This document shows, piece after piece, positions 20,633-33,400 of a stretch of DNA of 64,000 bases; the stretch's first letter is position 1; each line of letters starts with the position of its first letter. The position numbers were made by a program, and so were the translations under genes. The DNA is from Macrostomum hystrix (lineage: Eukaryota > Animalia > Platyhelminthes), in NCBI GenBank assembly GCA_950097015.1, contig CATNEN010000039.1, forward strand, positions 16,120,001-16,184,000, in the 5' to 3' direction. The notes beneath the pieces were generated by a model. That model saw only the letters and a list, made by a program, of their open reading frames with translations. It was not told the DNA's origin and made no database searches.

Positions 20633-23600
20633 GACTTTTCTTTGTGCCTCTTCAGTCTTGTCAGTCGTTGCTTCCGCAGCATCGTTTTGCAAAGTGGTGG
20701 TAAGAACAGTGTATAGACAATCCCATGAGCATAACTCATTGTGAGGCCCCACCCAGACACTTCAAAATCCTGTCCCTCCGCTCTCTATTATTATTCGGGT
20801 TGATTGGAACTTGAAAGTGCTTTTTCAATCACGATTCGGAATGTGCGATTTGGGATCTGAGATCTGTCGAATGAGATATAGGATCTTGGATGTAGGATTA
20901 TCGTATCCCATATTGGATGTATTTTCTGGGATATGGGATCTGTGGCATAGGATGCGGGATCTGAGGTGCGGAGGAATCTGAGAAAGAACGATTTGATGTG
21001 ATTGAAGAAAAGTCACTAGCTTTCGTTAACCTGGCTCTGTCTAAAAGTCTGTCAAACATGGGCCCATGGGGAGCATTACATTCGATGCTTGTAAAGTGCA
21101 ATACTTCTTTGTTAGAGAGAAACTCCAATAAGCTAGAAAGATTTCTAATAGTGAAATGGGTTGTCATGGAGAAAATCATCCTGACATGGTTTGGGTGTTT
21201 TGCAACCGCTGACCTGCCCTCATGATCAATGACTGCTAGAGGCGGGCGACAGAGTCGTTCAAAAGTCCGCCTAGCTACTCGCGAGATGTCGCGGGGAGAG
21301 AGAGGAGATGAAGGGAGAGACGAGGAGGTTCAGTAGATGCAGGGAGTGGTCCTATCGGCCTCAGGCTGGCCAGTCCCACTCGTCCCATAGGCCACAGGCA
21401 TGACTGCCGTGCCTACCGCAAGCAGTGCTCGAAACCGGCTAAAAGTCTAAGGAGAGGTGTCGGACTGCCCGGAATCGGACAGGACAGGGCTAGACAGCCT
21501 ACTGTCGTCAGTAGCACGTGCGCAACTGACTCCTAACCTTGGTAGCGGTGGTCGAAACGGCCCAGGCTCTTGTCACAGAACTGCGGAAAGGCTATCGGCA
21601 AAGCGGATAGTTGATCGAGGGTAGCGCCACCACCCAATGCGCCTACGTTGCCACCGCAGGCATTTGGGAACTTGGGTCCCCGGAGTACACAGCTCCCAGT
21701 TTATCACGCAGATCTAGACAAGCCGAAAAAATAGGGCATTCTGCAACTTCCGTTTTAGACTGGGGTGAGAGCCCCAGAATGGATCGAGACACGCCTCAAA
21801 AGGGGATTCCTGAATTCGCGCTACAGGGGTCTAGAAAGGTGGTACTAAGAACTTGAATGAGAATCCATAGCCGGAATCCTACTAATAAGACATCAGACAC
21901 ATTCTATACATTAGACTGCAGCCTACACATTAAGTGACCAACAAATCCGAATCTGTGCGAGTTGAGGTGATCAGAGGCTGGAGAGATTAAGCAGAACACT
22001 GGCTGAGTGATTATGCAAGCGAAAGATTATTAGGTCATCACTCTCGCTCCCGTGGCCGCAGTTGCGAGAGGAGGGGGAAAAGAAGGGGAACTCCATTGGC
22101 AAGGGAGTTTGACACGTACCCTTTGACCCGCCAGGAAGAGAGGAAAACCCGCCAAGGAATCCCCCACACCCCGGCAGAGATGCACATGCTGCGCTCCGCA
22201 TCTGCCCGCGAATCCCTAGCTTCTTACGAGCGTATTACTCTCATGCGCGCGTACAGTTGCCTTCCTGCCGCAGCCTTCATCTCGGCCTCACCAGAGCCCA
22301 CCCCCTAGGAGATTAGCCACTCATAGCTGAGGGCTGTCTGGTAGAGAAAATATACATAGAGGCAAACACTAGGTGAAAGGATTTAAGTTGTAATTAAAAT
22401 TTGGCCTAACGTATAATTAAATGGCTAGTGCTGAAAGTTTATTAGGCTAAAAGTCCCCAATGCCCGTTCCCGCTATTGTGCCGCCTAACTAGCAGAATAA
22501 TCCCTTAGGAGCAACAATTGAACGACCGCTACGCGGGTTACTTATCTGAAAGCCGATCGCGTGCTGCAGTTCTGTAGTTCTCGAGGGAGGGGCAGGGCAA
22601 GATCAGCAAGGACAGAGGAGGGGAAGGCTAAGTGTGAGCTGGCAGGGGCCAACACACCGGTGGAGTTCAGTGGCTTAATTCGAGAGCTCACCTAAAGAGG
22701 TGGCTTATACTATTAGGAGCTTATAGACAGGCAATGAGCCTGTGAGCGCTAGATGAGCTTAAAGCTCTGGGGTCTAAGCCCTAAGTGGGGGAGATAAGTC
22801 CGGAAGGCCCGACGGGGAAGACGGGTCCGCAAGCCGGTTAGGTCTCTGGGCCGAGGTCGGCGGGTGACTGGGGGCGGCGCAGCGCGCTTTCTTAAATAGT
22901 CCTGCAGCACGCCAACCTCGACATTCATCAAAATAACCCACATCCGCGCCAGCCTGTCATCTAGGAATCGAAGCGGCGATGGCCACCCCGATTACCCAAT
23001 GAACCGGCGGCGAGAAACGACAGATGCTCCTTTACGAGCAGCCGCCGGCAGTCGGCCAATAATTGTTACTCCGCCAGGACAATGGGAAGCGCAGGCGCCG
23101 ACCTGCCTACAGTGACATTTACATGTATCTAAGAGAGGAGGTCAAAAAGTCGAGCTGGGCTCGAATACTGTAAAGAAACCCTGTACTGAAAGTAGTCATT
23201 TTGTGCCCCCAAAGCACGAACAAAGATGCACGAGAGAGACACAAACTTGGCGAAAGCAGCAGCGAAACGAAGAGGAAGGGACAAAGATAACAAAGAAAAG
23301 GAGGGTAAGCGACAAAGATTCACAACGAGACAGAATGAGGAAGTTCAAATAGAGTCCCTACACCATCCACAAACACGACGGACGCCGCCATGCCCTGCTG
23401 AAACTGCTGGAGGTACCGTTGCATACGCACGTCTCGCTAGCAGCAACCCAGCCGCATCACTTTTTAAAATCAGTTGTACCACTTGCAAAATCCGTCTTTG
23501 CTAATAGATTTTGACCAGATTGATAGTGCTAATCCTGTCACTTTTGAAGCCTTCAAATTTCTGGATTTAAAAAATCGATGCGGCTGGCATTGGGCTGATC

Positions 23601-24239
23601 AATTGCGTCCTCGCTTCTGACTAGATTCTTGTACCATTTTTACTTTATAAAATTTCAGCAAAATGCACATCTTTTGAGCTCAAAAGTTGATCTGAATGAG
23701 CTTTAATAAGCAAAAAATCATCGTCTGAAGTTCTGAAGTCATTCAAGGTAGCAAATGGTCTTCTCACTCCAAAAATTGAATATACGGCCTGTACCACATT
23801 TTTACCACCTCAAGCTCATATTTTTTACAACCCTGTGCAAAAGTAAGCATTTTGCTCAAAGGGTTCGAAAGTTATGGACCAAATCCTTCGTTCACATTTT
23901 CTTCGTGTGCGCTTTCTGAATTTGACCCGGAATTTTGTGATGCTAAGAATAGACGAATCGGACTTACTTCCGAGTTATTGTGTTATTTTGTATGTTATTT
24001 TGAGTTTTGCATAATTCCGATGGTAAATAATTATCTAGCAGCATCCGCTTATTCTATAGGCATCAGTACTATAATATTGTTTTAATTTAGCCAGCTAAAG
24101 CTTTGTGGTAAATCCAGAAATGATTGCATTCTTCGTGGCTAAAAACTTTTGTTGGTCCTGGAGATGGCGATGCCGAGAAAAACAGCCATGCCCTGAGAGG
24201 GCCATGCTGACTGCGCGGAGATCTCTGCGGTTCAGCTTT

Positions 24240-24570
24240 AAGAGGGCTTTGCGAGGGCGGTGAGACGGACATGGGACCGCTGCCCTGGACTGCTTGCAGG
24301 TGCTGTGCCTCCATCCAGCGCTTCAGCTTGAGGTTGGTCACAGTGGCGGGGATAGGAGCGCCAGGCTCTTGCGAGCTGGTCGGCCATCTCATTCCCTGGG
24401 AAGCCAGCGTGACCTGGGATCCATTTGAGCTTGACCTCGTTGGCCCGCGCCAGCTCGTTGAGCTGGGCGTTGCAGTCCAAGGTGGTCTTAGAGCAGGTGG
24501 TGCTGCGGTCGAGGGCGGCTTGACTGTCGGAGTGGAAAATGATCTTCCGGTCAGTGAGCCCCTCTGGCAT
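24240..24570 (-). mobile_element. LINE RNase H fragment (related to, but distinct from, 3001-4799)
   Basis: KIIFHSDSQAAL..LKWIPGHAGFPGNEMADQLAR. Confidence 0.85.
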
Positions 24571-25139
24571 AGTAGATTGACTTTCTATAATACATTTGCG
24601 CATCTCTGTCATTTTTTTAGCTTCAGATATAGTATATCAACGATGAAATGGCGTCATGCAGTAGGTTACACAAAAATTAACGGATATTGAATTCTTGTTA
24701 CTCAGTTGCGGATTTCTTGTTGAAATCCAAAGACGAAGCATGATTAAAAAATTTCAGAAGCTTTGCTTTTTTAATTCCAAGCAAAATTATGCAAAGCTCA
24801 TCGTTTTAGAATTAGAAAATTCAATTGAATTCGTTTTGAATTTACCCTTCGTTGTATAATTTTACAACCGTGTTTACATTATAACGGTAAAAAAGCACAT
24901 TTTTAGACACGTTAAATTCGACGATAGAGCATGCTGGATGCTTTCTCAGCATGCTCAATTTGCGCTTAGTAGTGTCGCACATTGTATAAACAAAATTTGG
25001 TAGTAATTCTTGTTTTATATTTAATCTGTTAGATTTGAGTTAGAAAATTCAATCACAAAATGATCGAATTCGGATCTAAATTCGGTAATATTTCATGTGC
25101 ATGTTTTAATGGTCTCGATTCGAGTTTACTAGGCCTAAG

Positions 25140-25640
25140 CCTGGCGAAATCGTCCAAGTAGGACTCGGTGCCTACGAAGCCTCTGCGCAGCATCGTTAAT
25201 CTCACAGCATTGCTAAGATGATGAAAACAGGTAACAGATGCCGCAGCGCCGAACGGCAGACGGGTGTCGTACATGTAGGTAGCCGCTTTGGACTGCCCGA
25301 AGCGGAACTTAATTCCCGCCTGACTGAAATCGTCGGGTGAATACCTTAGGCGCGGTACGCTTCGCTGAGGTCCACCTTTGTCATAAAACAGCCTCTGGAC
25401 AGCTTTCTCGCAAAGTTATCGGCGCACGTGAATCGCAGCTTCTCCTGGCAGACCCATCTGGAGTTCAAAGAGTTGTTCAAAGCCCGACTGCAGTCGGGAA
25501 TAAGGCGCACACGATCACTATCTTTGGGCAGGGCTCCAAGGGCGCTGACCAATTTTGGACGCCCGCCGGTCGGGCACTCGCGATACCGCCCACACTTGAG
25601 CTCTTTGTTAATCTGCGTTTGGACAGCCTCAAATAAATCC
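25140..25640 (-). mobile_element. DIRS/Ngaro-type reverse transcriptase fragment, frameshifted
   Basis: SALGALPK..VRLIPDCS, FMTKVDLSEAYR, YDTRLPFGAAAS..FHHLSNAV and ESYLDDF. Confidence 0.8.
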
Positions 25641-27767
25641 GCAAAAGTTCCATAGGTGTTTAACGTTTAGTCCGAATCGGTTTGTCCCAGCTTTGGACGA
25701 AGTAAGCTACCATAGGACCAAAGAATGCTCCTATGTTCATATAGCATTTTAGAAATTACTGCGTTAGCGTGATTGGAATGCTAACAATAATGTAACGAGA
25801 GCGATGTATAGTTTTATTAAATAATTTGCTTGAGTATAATTTGCTTGAGAATAATTTGCTTCAGCACCACATTATTCTAAGATGCCCGTGCCCAAGAGTC
25901 CAGCTGCTGCCAGATCTGCCAGTTCAAAAAACACTATTGGGCCGGGTACTCCTACAGCGGCTTCTGCTCATTTTTCCAGAGCGGATGTTTTTGCCAATAG
26001 TAATGCTGATGATTCGGACTCCAACTGCACTCTGTGTTGTCTGTTCAACCATCGTCCAACCATTCGACTACACGGCCTAAGCAAGCTGATTCAGATATAG
26101 CTGCTGGGAGGCAAAGCTGTCAACTGCCCTCATATGCAAGGTAAGACGAATGATGTTCTTTAACTGCATGTCGGTTCATCTGTTGTTCATTTTATTTTAT
26201 ACATTATACACCCATTTGTGTTGTTTTCAGCGTGGATCCAAATGCTCACATAGCGAATTGTTTCTCTGGAGTCGACCGTCATGGGCTTCGTCTCCCAAAG
26301 TCTAAGCCCCCTTGGGGGGCAATGCTGTTCAGACAAAAAATCTTGTGCAATGCATAGGGACAAAACACACCTGAAAGCAAACAAAAACGAAGACTCATTT
26401 CGTCAGTATTAATCTCCCTGATTGTGACTATACGTGATTGCGAATCAAAGAGAATTAGAATTTTCACTAAATACAAAAAATAGTCAGTCTGATCTTGAAT
26501 ACATTCTGAGACATCCGGTCTGTACACCAAGAGCCCCATTCGGGCAAAATTACACAAGTAACTTACGTTTGATCAACTCAGCTTAATGCTACTAAGGTAC
26601 ATGTGAATACTATCCCCTCATCAGTGACTATGGTCATTGGTTTTGGTTCTTCCAATGTCCGTGCCGCGGAAAAACCACGGCACGGACAAGGGAAAATCTA
26701 TTTAGCTTAGTAGAGAAAGGGTAACATTCAAAATTAGAATTGATTACTCATAGTCCGTTACCAACTATGAGTTTAATTTCTGCCCGTTTCTGAAGTTTAA
26801 TTTTTTGGTTAATATGTGTTGTTGAGAACTGTATTTCACATTGCATTGCTTGTAGTTGAACTGTATCTGAGCGTGGTTCCCAGAATATTTAAATGCAGTT
26901 AAATAGAAAAAAACGTGTTAATCTCCGGTGGAGTATCCCTTCTCATGTCTATGGTAAAAGTCAAGGAGAGAGAAAATAGAAAAAGAAGCTACTACGAGTC
27001 AAAACTAAACTACTTTTTTCTGTGTTTGTCCCAAAATAAGGCACAAATCTGACTAGTTGAAATGGGGGAGCTTCACCGCCGACGATGTAATTGAGCGCTA
27101 AAAGTTTCCGCTCTATCCGATGAAACAACTTCCAGAATCACCAAACACGGGCCAACTTTTGTTGCGCAACTTCTGAAACAAGAATCAAGTCACCAGCTTT
27201 TTAGACCGTCGAGATATTCAATGTTTCTTGCCGAAGGTGTATTTCATACACCCCTTTACACAAATTGGCACTGCGCCTCGGTGCGGCCTTACCAGGCCTT
27301 CAAAACTCATCTGCATCTGCACCCGAATGTGCCTGCATCATCAACGGGCGGCAAAATGGCTTGGTACTACTATAGCACTGTACTATACTTTAGTAGGCAT
27401 GTTGTTCTTTCGATTTGTACTATTTGTCTATCGAATCTTACTCAGATCATGCCGAAAATCTCTACTTAATAATCTCTTCTTGGCAATCTCTCGTTGATAG
27501 TCTCAGCCAGATAATCTCTACTTGACAATGACACCCAAATAAGGAAACGCTTAAGGAAATGTACAATTAAGAGCTGCTTACAGCAGCGAATCTTTAATAT
27601 TGATGTACGAGATAATATTGTCCACTAAAAATTCCACCATTTTTATTTTTACACCTCGAGACTCGACCTTTTAAAGTAGAGCTTTGGACGCAACCTTACA
27701 AAAATGAATTAAAAAACACATTTGTTTTTCGAAAGCGAACTTTCAAGTGTGCAAGGCGCTTTTCCGC

Positions 27768-28333
27768 AGGGTGGCTCCCCCGATCTGGAGTGAAAATCAA
27801 CTCAGCCGAGTACATCCGCAAGCTGCAGGATCATGTACTGCCATGGATTCGACACAACTTTGCCCCAGGTACGTTTGTTTTTCAGCAGGACGGCGCTCCT
27901 GCCCACACGGCTGTCGCTACTCAAGAATTTCTTCGCCGGGAGCTCGGCGAGGACTTCTGGGATGCGACCACTTGGCCACCATCGAGTCCAGACTGTTCCC
28001 CTCTCGATTACTTTGTGTGGAACAACGTGGCCCGCGTTGCATGTTTAACAACTTATGCTACTGTGGAGACTCTCCAAGTTGCTGTTAGTGCTGCCTGGTC
28101 AGCTCAGGGCCCTGCCGTCATCAGAGGTGCCTGTACCAAGTTTCGGTCTCGCATTGAAGCCGTGTATGCAGCGGAGGGGGGCTACATTGAGTAAATGTTA
28201 TTTTTAGTTGCCATCTAGACATTATGGCGGTCAGTTAAAATGTTAAAGTTTTCGTTTGTTGGTTGTTTTTATATTAAAAATGTATATACATTTGATCATT
28301 TTTAAGTTGTCCTTAAACGCATGGGCCACCCGG
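27768..28333 (+). mobile_element. Tc1/mariner (maT-like) transposon, 3' half
   Basis: FVFQQDGAPAHT..WPPSSPDCSPLDYFVW..AEGGYIE. The right end ..GGCCACCCGG is followed by TA. It is absent at the equivalent site in copies 1 and 3. Confidence 0.9.
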
Positions 28334-28616
28334 TAGACTTTAAAAATAGAAAACTTCAAAGCCGGGGATTTACCGCGCTTCAACCCAGGTTTGGCCTTGG
28401 AAACGCCGCTCTGGTTTAAATTTATTAGGACTGAAAATGCTAAGCGTCCTTAAGTTAAAATTATACTAGAAGAATTGGCGTCGTGATCCTTGGCTCGGTG
28501 GACGTCGAAGGAAAGTTTCGAGTAAGAATCAAAATCAGCTTGTCAAACGAGCTTTAGACTAGGGCAAATATATTTTCAGGGCAACAGCTTTTTGTTGTTT
28601 AAGTACGGTCCAGCCA

Positions 28617-29306
28617 TGCACAGCACTAACAGTGCACAGCACTTAACAGTGCACAGCACTTAACAGTGCACAGCACTTAACAGTGCACAGCACTTAACAG
28701 TGCACAGCACTTAACAGTGCACAGCACTTAATAGTGCACAGCACTTAACAGTGCACAGCACTTAACAGTGCACAGCACTTAACAGTGCACAGCACTTAAC
28801 AGTGCACAGCACTTAACAGTGCACAGCACTTAACAGTGCACAGCACTTAACAGTGCACAGCACTTAACAGTGCACAGCACTTAACAGTGCACAGCACTTA
28901 ACAGTGCACAGCACTTAACAGTGCACAGCACTTAACAGTGCACAGCACTTAACAGTGCACAGCACTTAACAGTGCACAGCACTTAACAGTGCACAGCACT
29001 TAACAGTGCACAGCACTTAACAGTGCACAGCACTTAACAGTGCACAGCACTTAACAGTGCACAGCACTTAACAGTGCACAGCACTTAACAGTGCACAGCA
29101 CTTAACAGTGCACAGCACTTAACAGTGCACAGCACTTAACAGTGCACAGCACTTAACAGTGCACAGCACTTAACAGTGCACAGCACTTAACAGTGCACAG
29201 CACTTAACAGTGCACAGCACTTAACAGTGCACAGCACTTAACAGTGCACAGCACTTAACAGTGCACAGCACTTAACAGTGCACAGCACTTAACAGTGCAC
29301 AGCACA
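28617..29306. repeat. 17-bp minisatellite (TGCACAGCACTTAACAG)n, ~40 copies
   Basis: Direct reading. Confidence 0.98.
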
Positions 29307-29910
29307 CGGAAATAAACTGAGTGACTCTCAAGCGAATGCATTAGAAACTTTGTTTAAATAAACGCTTTCGCGATCGCGATCTCAAACGTGGATTGCTTTA
29401 TTAAGGATATTATAATTAGTATATTCAAATATTGGTAGAAGTTGGTAAAAACATAAGGATCATTAAGAACGATATACTAAAACTGGCTGATAGTCAAACT
29501 AATCAAAGTTCATCGGTAATCCTAGTAACAAAAGTAACCTCGAACAGACAGATGACAGCACTAGATGACAGCACTGGGTTAAACCAAATATGGAAAGCTT
29601 AGCATGATGTTTCACAATGCAATCAATTTAGTTTCTAATTTATAATGTAAGGCAACTAATCTTACAAGCCTCCGTACTATAAGTAGGAACTTAGGAACTC
29701 GCATCGGTAACTTTACTGAAGTCATTCATTTATTACTAAAGAGAAACACATAAAGACTCTATTAAAATTGAATCTAACATATTTAAACTACAATAGAGCT
29801 ATTTTTAAAACAGAATAATGTGCGTTGAAAACTTTTTATGAATAGCTTTAGCCATTTACAAATAGAATCTACCTGTTTTATCAAGATCCATCAATAATTT
29901 GTGGGTTTAT

Positions 29911-30241
29911 GGAAATCTCACAGAGACTAACGGAAATATAATAGAGACTCTCGGAAATCTCATAAAGACTCGCATAAATCTCATAGCGACCCCCGGAAAT
30001 CTCAAAGAGACTCGCTGAAACCTCAAAGAGACTAACGGAAATCTCATAGAGACTCGCGGAAATCTCATAGCGACTCCCGGAAATCTCAAAGAGACTCGCT
30101 GAAACCTCATAGAGACTAACGGAAATCTCATAGAGACTCGCGGAAATCTCATAGCGACTCCCGGAAATCTCATAGAGACTCGCGGAAATCTCATAGAAAC
30201 TCTCGGAAATCTCATAGAAACTCTCGGAAGTCTCCTAGAGA
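29911..30241. repeat. 21-bp minisatellite (GGAAATCTCATAGAGACTCGC)n downstream of HADHA
   Basis: Direct reading. Confidence 0.93.
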
Positions 30242-30417
30242 CACTTAAAAAATCCATAGATGTTTATGAAAGTGAAACGCACATAATTCTGTAACACCTA
30301 AAGCCAATCCAGTTCCAATACATAATAAATTAGTAATAAAATGTTCATAAGTTCTCAGAGATGACCCGCACAGGCGTGGCCTATAGAGAAAAACAGCTGG
30401 ACCAATTCTCTATTTTC

Positions 30418-33400
30418 TCACTTGTGAAACTTGAGCGTCGGGTCGCGGCAGTGCTGCGCCAACAAGTCGCACGGCTTGAATTGGTTGCCATAGAGACCGG
30501 CGAATTCTTCCATTCGTTTAACAATTTCGCCGGCTCCGCGAATGTCCAAATAGCGAAACGGGCCGCCTAGGAATGGCGGAAAGCCAAGGCCGAAGACGGC
30601 GCCAACGTCGCCTTCTAGCGGAGTGTGCAGCACGCCGTCCTGCAGGCACTGGACGGCTTCGTTGACGAAGCGCGAGAATAGGCGCCACTGGATGCGCTCG
30701 ATTGTATTATCGGCTACTGGCTTGACTCTGTACTTCTTCATGATGGCCAGAGCTTCGTCGTTCTCGCTGCGCTCACCGCCGCTCTTCTTGTCGCCAGAAT
30801 AGACGTAGCAGCCTTTGCCGGTCTTGCGTCCCAGAAATCCGGCTGCCACCATGTCCTTCAGGACGCCGACATCGGCGCCGCCGACGCGAGGACCCAGGGC
30901 CTGGTGTGGTACGCAGCAGGATTTACAGGTTGAGTTTGATTGATACTCGGGTTGAGTAGACAGTTCTACGGGTTGAGTAGACAGTTCTACGGGTTGAGTA
31001 GACAGTTCTACGGGTTGAGTAGACAGTCCTACGGGTTGAGTAGACAGTTCTATGGGTTGAGTAGACAGTTCTACGGGTTGAGTAGACAGTTCTACGGGTT
31101 GAGTAGACAGTTCTACGGGTTGAGTAGACAGTTCTACGGGTTGAGTAGACAGTTCTATGGGTTGAGTAGAAAGTTCTACGGGTTGAGTAGACATTTCTAT
31201 GGGTTGAGTAGACAGTTCTATGGGTTGAGTAGACAGTTCTATGGTTTGAGTAGACAGTTCTACGGGTTGAGTAGACAGTTCTACGGGTTGAGTAGACAGT
31301 TCTACGGGTTGAGTAGACAGTTCTACGGGTTGAGTAGACAGTTCTATGGGTTGAGTAGACAGTTCTATGGGTTGAGTAGACAGTTCTATGGGTTGAGTAG
31401 ACAGTTCTATGGTTTGAGTAGACAGTTCTACGGGTTGAGTAGACAGTTCTACGGGTTGAGTAGACAGTTCTACGGGTTGAGTAGACAGTTCTATGGGTTG
31501 AGTAGACAGTTCTACGGGTTGAGTAGACAGTTCTATGGTTCGAGTAGACAGTTCTACGGGTTGAGTAGACAGTTCTATGGGTTGAGTAGACAGTTCTACG
31601 GGTTGAGTAGACAGTTCTATGGTTTGAGTAGACAGTTGTACGGGTTGAGTAGACAGTTCTACGGGTTGAGTAGACAGTTCTACGGGTTGAGTAGACAGTT
31701 CTACGGGTTGAGTAGACAGTTCTACGGGTTGAGTAGACAGTTCTACGGGTTGAGTAGACAGTTCTATGGTTTGAGTAGACAGTTCTATGGGTTGAGTAGA
31801 CAGTTCTATGGGTTGAGTAGACAGTTCTATGGGTTGAGTAGACAGTTCTACGGGTTGAGTAGACAGCTCAACGGGTTGAATTGCCAGTTCCGTTGTTCAA
31901 AACATGTCGCCTACCCCATCCATCTAAAAAGCCTCACCTTGCCCAAATCTTCGGCCACGTGTGCGGCTACGTCGATGCCAACCTCGTCAGCCAGGGTGGC
32001 AACACCCACTGGCCAGCCGAAGCTTTTGGTGGCCTTGTCCAGTTCGGCTGGTCGGACACCCTCCTGCAGCAGGCGAATAGCCTCGGCCAGCATCGGAGCC
32101 AGGATGCGGGTGGTGTAGAAACCCGGACCGTCGCCAACGTGAATAACCAGCTTGCCCTGGCGAAGGCCGAGGTCAACGGCAGTTCGCAGAGTCTCCTCGC
32201 TTGTCTGCTTGGTGCTGATGATCTCCAACAGTTGCATCTTGTCCACTGGCGAGAAGTAGTGCATGCCGATGACTTTGTCGGGTCGCTGACTGCCTTTGGC
32301 AATCTCGGCAATCGGCAGGGCGGATGTGTTGCTGGCAAATACGCAGTGCGGCGGAATGACAGCTTCGACCTCCTTCAGTACACGATGCTTGATGCCGATG
32401 TCTTCAAAGACAGCTTCGACTACGATGTCGCATTTTTTCAGTTCGGAATAGTCTAGCGTGGCGGTGAGGTTAGAGTAAAGACGGTCGGCCTCAAAACTGG
32501 TGAGTCGCTTGCGCTTTACCTGACAAGGGAAGAAGTGGGATTAATGTATGGGATTAAAATGACACTTTAAAAGTGCACGTGCACTTAAAGCTCTAGTAAA
32601 AATAAACAAGCACTCTAATTCTGGTGAAAGTACACATGTACTTCAATCCAAATAAAAGTACACATGCATTTTTATCCTAGTTAAAGTACACATGTGCTCA
32701 GATCGCAGTTAAAGTTCACATGCAATTAAAATCTTTTTATTCCTATCGATGCACTCGAATTATTTTTTAATTTTCAAGTACTAAAATATTTTCCTAAACT
32801 ACTCATGCACTTGATCCTGGTTGTACATGCACTATGTACTTTTAGGCTACAACAGTCATCAACTATTGCTTACCTGTCCCTTAAGTCCGCTCTGAATTTG
32901 CTCCTGACCGCGCGCCAAGCCGCCCACATTGGCGTCCTTCATCACCGTGGCCAGACCCTTGTCGATGGTGACCTGGGCGATTCCGGCGCCCATCAGGCCG
33001 GCGCCGAGGACGCCGACGCACTGAGTTGGCCGCTGCGGCTTGCCCCAACGGTTCTTCTTAGTCTCAGTCTGGCCGAAGAATAGGCCAAATAGGGCCTTGG
33101 ACTCGTTTGTGGCCGCCAGCTCGCCGAATGCCTGAAATATTCAAATTTTAAATAGGATTTCTAAAGCTCCGTTCTTCGGAAATTTAATAGGGAAATCCCA
33201 ATTTTGAAATGCCAACCCAAAAATTGAATTTCCGAATTGCCAACCTGAAATTCCATTGTTCAACCTAAATCCCAATTACATTTATCCCAATCGACATCAA
33301 TCGCATCAAAAAAGGTATTTCATTTCCAGTAATGACAACACTAAAACCACAAATGATTAACTTCATTATTGTCCATATATTTACTAATAGGAAAATCCTA

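Noticed and set aside
22030-23500. Possible DIRS terminal repeat or tyrosine recombinase remnant
   Set aside because: GC-rich and TE-like, but no diagnostic motif could be read, so it is left unclassified.
30940-32118. 392-aa (GLSRQFY)n ORF and antisense (STQPVEL)n extension of the last HADHA exon; also 56445-57203
   Set aside because: A stop-free 21-bp intronic minisatellite. A proper AG acceptor at 30902-30901 gives a normal HADHA.
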